From Hormiphora californensis (lineage: Eukaryota; Animalia; Ctenophora), in the NCBI GenBank assembly GCA_020137815.1, contig CM035355.1, positions 5,146,001 through 5,210,000 of the forward strand: 64,000 bases of DNA, read 5' to 3'. The notes below the pieces were generated by a model. It saw nothing but the letters and a program-made list of their open reading frames with translations, had not been told where the DNA came from and did no database searches. Numbering within the stretch: position 1 is the stretch's first letter; each line of letters begins with the position of its first letter. Position numbers and translations under genes: made by a program. Below are positions 12,101-22,900 of this stretch, piece by piece.

Positions 12101-15100
12101 GTGGCAGCAATAGGAACTCTTATACCAACTCTCAGGAGAATCTCAGTCGATCTGGTAAGATGGGGTTACAATAGGGTTATAATGTGGGTACTATGTGGAT
12201 TGTGGTTACAATGTGGTTACAAATACAATGGAGGAGTTTACTCTCCCGAACCCGACGCCACCTATTATGCGAACCTGCCTGTGGTAGTTCCTAATGGTGG
12301 GGTTGGGGAGGGGGGCTATTCTCCTAGTGTCGGCGATATCGCTTTGCGATAGTCCCCTGTGGGCTTGCCGTTGGCAAGCCCAGGCACTTCATAGATAGAT
12401 AGATGGAGGGTAATTTGATCCGAAACACATGAAGATAATTAGAAGTAATTATTTAACACTGTATTATATTTTCAGTTCACTCCCTCGCCTCCTCTCACCG
12501 ATCCTCTCCTCCCATTCCTCGAAGGATCAGTCCCGGTGGATCTGCCCGGTCAGGGAACTCTCGTAGCGGGTCCCCATCTCAACTCAGTACTGGGAGTTCC
12601 AGACGGACCATTGGATCTAAAAACCAGGACCATCATAGACCAGCCTCATACGCTGGTAGTAGGTGCTCTGATCACAAGCCTGGGTCTGTAGTTGATAGAG
12701 CCTCGCTGCATGAGAGGAGTATGGCGTCTGATCGAGCCTCATTGCATGAGCGGGGTCTGGCGTCTGATAGGAATTCTATTGCGAGTAGGAACTCGATGGT
12801 CGATCAAAACGCCATGGTTGACCGTAACTCTTTGCTTGGGTCCAGAAACTCTCTTGGAGATAGGAATTCTCTCGCAGATAGGAATTCTCTCGCAGATAGA
12901 AACTCACTCGCAGATAGAAACTCACTCGCAGATAGGAACTCTCTCGCAGATAGGAGGGATTCTGATCGAAACAGTTCAGTAGCCGACCGGCAATCTCTGG
13001 CCGATTCTCGGAACTCTCTAGCTGATAAGAACTCTGCAATCGGGAGAGATTCCAGGAATTCAGAACCACGGATGGAATACGGTAGGCTCAGTTATACGGG
13101 ATCACATCGTAGCAACGGAGTGGGATCAGATGTGGGTAGCAGACATTCCGGCCGTAACAGTGAGCGGTTTTATTCGCCATCTCAGGAGAGATTCAGTGAT
13201 AGGGGGTCGGTTCACGAACGGAACAGTGATAGGGGGTCTGTACAAGAGAGATTCAGCGACAGAGGATCAAACTTCGACAAATATTCTGAGAAAGGTTCTA
13301 ACTTTGATAGGGGTTCGGAGCGAGACAGGGGATCTGAACGGGACAGAATGTCTGAACGAGACAGGATGTCGGATCGAGACAGAATGTCGGATCGAGACAG
13401 AATGTCGGATCGAGACCGGATGTCCGATAGAATGAGCGGTCACTTTCCGCCGCGTGAAACAGATCGTTACAGTGAACGATCGAGCGATCGATACTCGTTA
13501 GGTCGAGGTGATCAAATGAGTGACAGGAATAGTGCCCGATTTAGCGATAGATATAGTGACCGGGGTCACCCTGTAGAGAGATATAGTGACAGGCAGAGTG
13601 ACCGTCAAAGTGACAGGCAGAGTGACAGGCAGAGTGACAGATATTCTGGACGCGATATGGACAGGTATAGTGACCGAGCCTCCACTTTGGAAGGTGACAG
13701 GTCTCCAAGAATGGGGTCACTTCGTGGTGATGGAGAAAGCCGGCACTCTGGGTCCGTTAGAGGTGATGGAGAGAGCAGGCACTCAGGGTCTGTCCGAGGT
13801 GACGTGGGAGATAGCCGTCACTCTGGGTCCGTTAGAGGTGATGTTGGAGACAGCCGTCACTCTGGGTCCGTTAGAGGTGATGTTGGAGACAGCCGTCACT
13901 CTGGGTCCGTCCGAGGTGACATCGGAGACAGTCGGCACTCAGGTTCGGTACGGAGTAGTCACCATTCTTCCTACGCGGGATCTAGGAGAAGTGTATCACC
14001 TCAGCAGCAGTGGGCTGGTAGCAGGCAAAGTAGTACTAGATCAGGGGCTCCACCGCCACCGAGATATGAAGAGTTAATGGGAGAAAGGGAACAGAAATTA
14101 CCAACCCCTCCTGGATACCCTATAGAACGTGAGTTGAAAACTAAATCCTCTGGCCTTGTTGATTAACTCAACAAGTCTGACTCCCATTTCAGCCCCCCTC
14201 TATAACCAGACTATCTCTAAATCTGATTTTTATGGAAACCACCACACAACCGTTTCCAGGTGAATTGGACCACTCAGCGCTGGCCATGCTACGTCACTCA
14301 TCAGCCAGTCTCCAGTCAGATACCTCTCACAATTCCCAGCTCAGCAGTAGATCAGCCAAACAACCCACCCTCAGGACTGCTAACCTATACCGGGTAATAA
14401 TAATTGCTGTAGTGTTGTTTTCTCTCGGAAATCTATATATGGGAATGGGATCGATCCCCGATCGATCGTGGTTACGAAGTTACCCCTTGCCAGCGCGAGC
14501 GAAGATCGCACAGAGTGTGAGGTGTCTTCGATACCAACGATCGATCATAGAACACCATAACGCTTTGATTGAATTTAACACCTCCTCTTCCCAGGAGAAA
14601 AACACCCCATTCGGTCTGAGTTTGGGAGGTGGAAAAGGGTGGCCTTTAGGAGGCTCCATCCCTCTCTTTATTTCTGGCCTTCAGAAAGGGGGCATTGCAG
14701 CCCGGACAGGCGTTTTGAAGGTACGCTATTACTTCTTTCGACTTGAGATAACAATTGTTTAGCTTTAAATTTAACTTAACTAGCTTTAATTAAGTTTTGT
14801 TAATTTTGGTATATAATTTATGCAATTATTGAACAGGAAAAAGACAGGATAATTTGCATTAACGATATCAACGTAGAAAACCACAGTCATGAAGATGCAG
14901 TGAAGTTGCTAAGGGAGGCCTCCTCTCCAGTAACTCTTGTAGTTACAGACAACAGGTCAGTGTTACCACTCTCACAGTCAGTTACCATGGTTACCATGGT
15001 AACATGCTGCCATGGTAACATGCTTGTAGTGTTTCTGAGTTATCCCATCCTCAAAAGATAGAACCTCCTAATCAGTAACATTATTTTCAGGCCGAATTTC

Positions 15101-15601
15101 CGGATTGAAAAGTTGGTTCGTTCTCTCAAGGAGGGTTTTGGGTTTAGTATCGTCGGAGGGACCGATAGTGAGCCACCTCTACCCATAACAGTGAAACAAG
15201 TATATGATAATGGTGAGTTCAGGACTCAGGAGTGAGGTTAACAGACTGTCAGGCATCGCGCTGACCACCTGAAGTGGTCACTGGTACCCGCCCTCCCTGC
15301 CGACCCGTCGGCAGGGAGGGGGTGACTCGTGGTCACTTGTCGGGCATCGCGATGACACAAAGGGGGATTCAGTCCTAGCTAGGCAAATACATACTGAATG
15401 CTTGAAATCGTCCAATCTTTGTGTTGGAACATGAAACATAAATTCACATCTCCTCCAGGTCCAGCGAGTGGTAAACTGCGGAGTGGTGATCAGATAATCT
15501 CAGTGAATGGTAAAAGTATAGAGGAATATACACGAGAGGAAGCGACATTACTCCTTCGATCCTGTACGGAAACCGTCACACTGGTCACGTTGAGGTCATG
15601 A
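6140..15601 (+). CDS. Multi-PDZ scaffold protein, copy 1; 5' exons disrupted by indels (read error or pseudogenisation), 3' exons intact
   Basis: Exons are homologous to copy 2. Clean ones include 9063-9233, 9351-9484, 9640-9819, 11992-12154, 12476-14128, 14260-14393, 14595-14720, 14837-14955, 15091-15212 and 15459-15601 (TGA). The region 6140-8700 has many 1-3 nt indels relative to copy 2. Confidence 0.7.
10340..11628. mobile_element. Non-autonomous TIR element with 20-bp TIRs and 8-bp target-site duplication (middle layer)
   Basis: GGGGGGGTCGTCATGTTAAT (10340-10359) / ATTAACATGACGACCCCCCC (11609-11628). AGTAGACA is duplicated at 10332-10339 and 11629-11636. Subterminal TTAACA-rich repeats lie at both ends. 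Confidence 0.88.
10550..11300. mobile_element. Fold-back MITE with TA|CAGT left end (Tc1/mariner-pogo-like), inner layer
   Basis: TA|CAGTCGGACCCTGATTTAGTGGCACCCCGATTTAGTGGCAGG on the left, with the inverted copy at 11266-11300. Further inverted arms pair 10634-10704 with 11120-11190 and 10760-10790 with 11061-11090. The outermost bases of the right TIR are missing. Confidence 0.8.
11751..11943. mobile_element. ~190-bp MITE-like element with ~28-bp imperfect TIRs and internal hairpins
   Basis: TATGAACGTTTGTTAGCCTATCGCGTTAT (11751-) versus ATAACGCGCCAGTCTACAAACGTTCATA (11916-11943). Internal stems GTTTAATCGCCC..GGGCGATTAAAC and GTTGGCTGTTCCCAGC..GCTGGGAACAGCCAAC. Absent from copy 2. Confidence 0.78.
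12235..12401 (+). mobile_element. Short retroposed insertion (SINE or 5'-truncated LINE 3' end) in an intron of copy 1
   Basis: Absent from the copy 2 intron. Flanked by an ATGGAGG direct repeat (12228-12234, 12402-12408). Has a 3' stem-loop TGGGCTTGCC-GTT-GGCAAGCCCA followed by an (ATAG)3 tail. Confidence 0.55.
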
Positions 15602-16577
15602 GATATAAGGAGAGACTGTGAATTTGTACAAAGTTATACCCGTGGGCCCTTGTCAGCGCTATATGAGACACACGTTTTAGTCAATTTTACAGTGCCTTGA
15701 AGATTTTACCCATTGATTTGCATGTACTACAGAAGCTGTGTTGAGAGAGTTCGGTGTTCTACTAAAATACCGCATGATGTAGGGTTGAGAAGTTACATTG
15801 AGTTTTTGAGTGTTTTTAGGGTGGTTATTGCTGCACTTCTGAACAGTTTGAAGTTGAGTGTGGCCAAGTTCGAGGTGTTCTTTTTACTCGATTATTATTA
15901 CCATCCTCCTTGAATTTGTGATTTAGATTTGCTATATATCCTATGTAACTTTAGTAGCGGCTTAAATAGAAAATTTTTTTGATTATATTTTGAGTGAACT
16001 GGACGTAGAAGACCGGAGCAGAGGACTGGATAGTTGTTCCAAGCCATACCAGCTCTTCTTATACTACTCTGAGTTCAAATTTCGCTTCAGGGTGGTCCCC
16101 TTCATTGATGAAGCGTGTTGTCTGAGAGAAGCATTTTATTAATCTGTAGAACTGATAGCTTCTTCCGGAAGCAGCTATATCATTTCTACAGATTATTATC
16201 ATGCGGCTCTGAATAAACAATTATCCGATACTTATCCTGTCGAATATTATTTGTATGTTGTATTGCTCTAGCAGTACCAAACTATTATAATATTTGGATG
16301 TCTGATTCTCTCCATAATGAATACCAAATAGAGAGGGGGACCCGGGACTCCTGCAGCTGCTGTGGCAGCACAAGAACACCTGTGACGTAGCATGGACTGT
16401 GTATAGTTGTTCAGGGGGCCAATGGTTTTCCCGGATACCCCTTCTTACTACAGAGCGCTCTCTCTATCTCTCACCCCATGAGGGACCATTAGTTCCAAGC
16501 ACAGGAGGCACTCTCTCTCTATCTTTCTTGCTCCCTCTCTCTCTCTCTCTCGCCCTCTCTAGCTCTCTCTATCTCTA

Positions 16578-16628
<51 letters not shown>

Positions 16629-16980
16629 CTCTCTCTATCTCTCTACATTTATTGTTTCTCACTCCAACTCTCTCCACAACTATTCAATGTACTCGCGAGA
16701 TACCTCTGTTTCTCGATTCTATCCAGATCCAGATTCCCAAACAATCTGTCTTCTTCACCCACTGCTCTCCCTCCTGTCTACCTCTAGAACTCTGTTTGTT
16801 TCAGTGTACATCTCTTTCTTTTTCCTTGTAGCTTTTGAGAGATCCAATATCTTGTTTTGTTTAGCTTAATCTTGGACATCATTTGCTTCCTTTCCTTGTC
16901 AAGTTCTCTGACACCAGCCCGGCCCATAGCAACTGACTCCATAGCAACTGACTCCAGCACTGGTTTACAGCCAGTTTCAA

Positions 16981-19900
16981 ATGTCCGTTAAATCGTGGAC
17001 ATGGTTTGACCGGGAGTTGGATGCGATGTCAGACCTGGCCACCAGTCAAAAGTCCCTGGCATCCAGCACTCTCACCATCGCTCGGTCACTCACCAACCTA
17101 CCTGGGAAACACGAACTATCCTATACATGTGATGGATTCATTGTCGCTGTACCCCCTCCCTCCCCTAAGGATCAACCAATTCCACCGGACCTTGTTCCTG
17201 AAGACAACTACATGGACCCTCAAGAAAATTGCTGGTTCGCTCCAGACCATATCGAGGACCCACAAACCGATGGGTTCCCAGGCCATGATAAGCTGCAACA
17301 TACCAAGCTCAATGATGATGGACCATTCTACTCCCATCACAACCACCATGGCCCAATAATAGGCCGGAGAAGCGAGTGCTCCAGAATCCTCCCTCCTGAG
17401 GATGACCGTTACCATAGCTACGAAGGACCTGGTTACCGTTCGCAGCAAGCCAGATCTGGGTTACCAGAGTCACCCTGAGTTCTCAAAATCAGAGACAGAT
17501 CTACCAATCACCTCTGGGGTTGTCTTAGATTTGGATTTGCTGCTAAGCGATCATGATCTAGCGACCGTGTCAGCTATATCCCAGCCAACAGTCAGCTACT
17601 TCAGTAACCCAGTCTACCTAGCCCCATCCTCCCAGAACTCCCATTATCCGAGGACAACTGGGTCTCCTCTCTTCAAGAATCTTGGCCACGGATCACCGGA
17701 GCTGTATGGGAAGATTTGTTTTGGTAGTTTTGACGAGGATTTGTCTCAGGGAGAGTTTTGGGATAGCGTCTCAAGCGTTGATCAGCAGTTACTTGAGTCT
17801 AATGAGGTCCGTGTGTTTGTTTTTTGGTTTGTCAGTGTGTTTGTCAACCAGCTTATTCTGGACCCATAACTAAATATGAACAAGACAGTACTTAGCTTAT
17901 AGACCGACCCCTTATTTTGATTTCTAATTTTACCCAAATGTTGGGTACTGTAGGGTAACACACTTGAACTAGTGTAGAGTATTTTGCGGAGATACAAGAC
18001 GTATGAACAAAAAATCTAACCCCCTCCTCTCCTCTCAGGTAACCCCAGTAAACTCTGAACCCGGAACACCCGTGGTGCTAGGACCTGGGAGACTGGTTGC
18101 CCCGGTAACCGTTCACGAGAACCCCTCGCCACCTCCGCTACTGGCTGCAACACCCCCTGCTTCTTCGACGCCCACCAACAACACATCAGGTGTGTGTGGA
18201 GGGAGAGATCATGATTTTTCCTTGGCTGATTAGATCCCTTGAAAACAGAATTAGTTTAAGATAGATGGAGGGATTGAGACTAGAGAAGGTACTCAGTGGT
18301 TTCGATGTAGTAGGTACTCACATCACCAATAACATCCCCCCTCCACCAGGTTCCATGACGCCCCCAGTAGCCCAGAATTCCTTCACAGTAGTAGTCAAGA
18401 AGGTGGACACATCCCTCGGTATAAATGTCATCCAGAAGGGCTCAGGAATCTTTATCAAGAACCTGGTTCCCGATGGGCCTGCCAGTAAGAGCCCCAGGAT
18501 AAGGCCTGGGGATCAGATTCTGGCGGTAAATGAGCATCCTCTCTCGGGGTTGTCTAGGATGAAAGCTATTACGGTGCTGAGAAGGGCAGAGGGAGAGGTG
18601 ACACTGCTACTTACCCGATCAAGTGTAACTGTTGCCAATATTACTGCAAAGGTTAGTTTGGAGAATTAGCTGCTCTATTAACCAATCAGAGGCCAGTATT
18701 TCAAACTCTTAACCAATCAGAGGCCGGTATTATAAAATAATGGCAGCTGTGGTTGGTCAGTGTGCCTGCTACACTAAACCCCGAAACTTTGTATTGTTTC
18801 AGCCAGAGGATATTTCCTTGGGGGAGGCAGAAAAAGAAAATGAGGATATAAACCGTTTATCTGATAACAGGTAACCATGGTAACCATTGAGCGCTAGTCG
18901 GCATGCCTTTTCACATTTGTCTCCCAACCACCGCTACTCTTTCGATTCTCCAATTGCAAGTGCTCTCCACATGCACATTCATCTTTGACCTCCCCTTATT
19001 TCTCTTCCCCTTTCTCTCTCACCCTCTCTATTTCGATCTCCCTCCTAACTTTGTTTTCACTCTAACCTTGTTGAGTAACTCAACAACTCTGACCGTTACT
19101 GAACTGTTATTCTCTTTTCAGCTACCACTCCCTCAACTCCCTGACCCTCACTTCTATATTTCAGCTACCACTCCCTCAACTCCCTGGGTATGATGGGACC
19201 GGAGATTATGGTGGAGAAAGCGTCAGTAAAAGATATCAGTTGTTTTCTGGCCGACCAAGCACCCTCTCCAGACTCCCAATCTGTGCATTCGAGGCATAGT
19301 GAAGCTTCGGTCAAATCAAGACACAGTGAGACGCCCTCTGTCAAGTCAAGGCACAGCGAGACGCCCTCTGTCAAGTCAAGGCACAGCGAGACGCCCTCTG
19401 TCAAGTCAAGGCACAGCGAGACACCTTCAAGACACAGTGAGGCACCCTCAATGCATCATCAAGGCGTCTCCCAAGGCCCTCCTTCGGTTGCTAGCTCGAA
19501 GCACAGTCTCAACAACGTGATGTCCAACTCACAGCACAGTATTCAGACACAATCAATATGCTCGGACGCCCTGGGTGTCATGGTTACCGCATCTTCGGAC
19601 GCCTTAGCAACCAACTATCAAGGTGTAGACCCGATCTACACAACTGTAGGGGCAAAGGAGAAAGAGGAGGAGGAGGAGGTGATTCCAAGACAGTCTAGTG
19701 TGGTTTTGAGACCTGATACTGGAAATAGGAGGATATCGTGGAATGACAATCCCATTGAGGTACAATTTTAATTAGCTAATATTACGTGTGTTATACTCCC
19801 CTATTTTTGTCTCCATAACAACTAGCCCTAGCAACTGAAGCACTCCTTTTGACTCATATAATGTAGCACCAAATTTACTGACCCATTTCTCTCTCTTGAT

Positions 19901-22900
19901 TAGCCGGAGAGAGATGTAGTGACGGTAGATATAAAAACTGAGGGGCTGGGAACTGGAATTATTCTGAGCCCTCAGATCTACCCCGATGGGATATTGGTGA
20001 AGGGTCTGGGTCCCACTGCAGCTGCACAACAGTATATCTGGCCACAGGATCTTATTATCAGTATTGATGGAAATGTAAGTACATATTCTGGTGTGTGGGA
20101 AGTGCACTTCCAGGGTATAATAACATCTAATTCATTCATTTCGGCATCAAATCTATCAAACAGTGCATTTTTACATGCCTCCTTCTTTCAGACAACTGAT
20201 GGGTTGGCCATGTCCGATGCTGCAGAATTACTATCCACTACCAACACTACAATTCGGTTGGTGGTAAAGAGGGACTGCCCTAACTACAACGTGGTAACGG
20301 TCATCGTGGAGAAACCTAAATCAGGTAACTCGGTTACCATGGTAACCCTGGCAAAGTTATTCGAGAAAATATATACCCCCGAAAGTTGGATACCCCAAAA
20401 GTTATCTCTATCGTCCCTCTCCCACTATCAGGAAGTATTGGTTTGAGTATCACGGAAAGAAGATCCCTACCTGGTATCTACATCTCCCAAGTGACGCCTG
20501 GTGGGGCTGCCCATATTGCTGGTGGAATAGAGAGGGGTCAGAGAATTCTAAAGATTGGTGATGCCAGTGTCAAATACATGAGACAACCAGAATTTGTTCG
20601 ATTACTAAAGGTAACTAATCAATCATTTTAGCAAAGTTGAACTAAATATTTTACAGAATCTTAGAAAGCCTAATCTCATGATAACGAACCCCCCCCCCCA
20701 TTTCTAATACTAACTACACCACCCTTTACTACATCTTGTTAATTTAGTAACTATAATAACCAACTATCACACCAGGAAAGTGTGGCCCAAGTCAAGTTGA
20801 CAGTTGGGACTCCAACCGGAGATCTACAGAAGAGTTTTGTGGAGGGAGGTGGTAGCAACAGGAACTCCTACACTAACTCTCAGGGTGGGGGCAGCAACAG
20901 GAACTCTTATACCAACTCTCAGGAGAATCTCAGTCGATCTGGTAAGATCTGGTTACACAAAAGTTACGATTAAGTTACAGTAGGGTGGTTAAAATGTGGT
21001 TACACAATGAGGTTACAATAGTTATTTAACCCTGTATTATATTTTCAGTTCACTCCCTCTCCTCCTCTCACCGGTCCTCTCCTCCCATTCCTCGAAGGAT
21101 CAGTCCCGGTGGATCTGCCCGGTCAGGGAACTCTCGGAGTGGCTCCCCATCTCAACTCAGCACAGGGAGTTCCAGACGGACCATTGGGTCTAAAAACCAG
21201 GACCACCATAGACCAGCCTCATACGCTGGCAGTAGATGCTCAGATCACAAGCCTGGATCTGTAGTTGATAGAGCATCACTACATGAGAGGAGTCTGGCGT
21301 CTGATAGGGCCTCATTACATGAGAGGAGTCTAGCATCAGACAGAGCATCACTTCACGAACGCGGTTTGGCGTCTGATAGGAATTCTATTGCGAGCAGGAA
21401 CTCTATGGTTGATCAAAACGCAATGGTTGACCGTAACTCTTTGATTGGATCCAGAAACTCCCTGGGAGATAGAACCTCACTCGCAGATAGAAACTCTCTG
21501 GCAGATAGAAACTCTCTCGCAGATAGGAACTCACTCGCTGATCGGAGGGATTCTGATCGAAACAGTTCAGTAGCCGACCGGCAATCTCTGGCCGATTCTC
21601 GGAACTCTCTAGCTGATAAGAACTCTGCAATCGGGAGAGATTCCAGGAATTCAGAACCACGGATGGAATACGGTAGGCTCAGTTATACGGGATCACATCG
21701 CAGCAATGGAGTCGGATCAGATGTTGGTAGCAGACATTCCGGCCGTAACAGTGAGCGGTTTTATTCGCCATCTCAAGAGAGATTCAGCGATAGGGGGTCT
21801 GTTCACGAACGGAACAGTGATAGGGGGTCTGTACAAGAGAAGTTCAGTGACAGAGGATCAAACTTCGACAAATATTCTGAGAAAGGTTCTAACTTTGATA
21901 GGGGCTCAGAGCGAGATAGAGGTAGTGAACGAGATAGGCCGGGCTCGGAACGAGACAGGATGTCTGATAGGATGTCGGAGCGAGACCGGATGTCGGATCG
22001 AGACAGGATGTCGGATCGAGACCGGATGTCCGATAGAATGAGCGGTCACTTCCCACCACGTGAAACAGATCGTTACAGTGAACGATCGAGCGATCGATAC
22101 TCGTTAGGTCGAGGTGAACAAATGGGTGACAGGAATAGTGCACGGTTTAGCGATAGATACAGTGATCGGGGTCACCCTGTGGAGAGATATAGTGACAGGC
22201 AGAGTGACCGTCAAAGTGACCGGCAGAGTGACCGTCAAAGTGACCGCCAAAGTGACAGATATTCGGGGCGTGATATGGACAGGTATAGTGACCGAGCCTC
22301 CACTTTGGAAGGTGATCGGTCTCCAAGAATGGGGTCAATTCGTGGTGATGGAGAGAGCAGGCACTCAGGGTCCGTTAGAGGTGATATTGGAGACAGCCGT
22401 CACTCAGGGTCCGTCCGAGGTGACGTGGGAGATAGCCGACACTCTGGGTCCGTCCGAGGTGACGTGGGAGAGAGCCGTCACTCAGGGTCCGTCCGAGGCG
22501 ACATCGGAGACAGTCGGCACTCAGGCTCAGTACGGAGTAGTCACCATTCTTCCTACGCGGGATCTAGGAGAAGTGTATCACCTCAGCAGCAGTGGGCTGG
22601 CAGCAGGCAAAGTAGTACTAGATCAGGGGCTCCACCGCCACCGAGATATGAAGAGTTAATGGGAGAAAGGGAACAGAAATTACCAACCCCTCCTGGATAC
22701 CCTATAGAACGTGAGTTGAAAACTAACTCCTCTGGCCTTGTTGATTAACTCAACAAGTCTGACTCCCATTTCAGCCCCCCTCTATAACCAGACTATCTCT
22801 AAATCTGATTTCTATGGAAACCACCACACAACCGTTTCCAGGTGAATTAGACCACTCAGCGCTGGCAATGTTACGTCACTCCTCAGCCAGTCTCCAGTCA

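Noticed and set aside
12692-14077. Alternative-frame ORFs (IETECR, VTLGPLEV repeats), also at 21706-22659
   Set aside because: Off-frame readings of the repeat exon; differences between the copies are synonymous in the SDR-rich frame.
19919-20446. 175-aa continuous ORF as a single exon
   Set aside because: It reads through a 117-nt in-frame GT-AG intron (20075-20191) that interrupts PDZ2 and continues into the next intron; the spliced form gives a normal PDZ domain.
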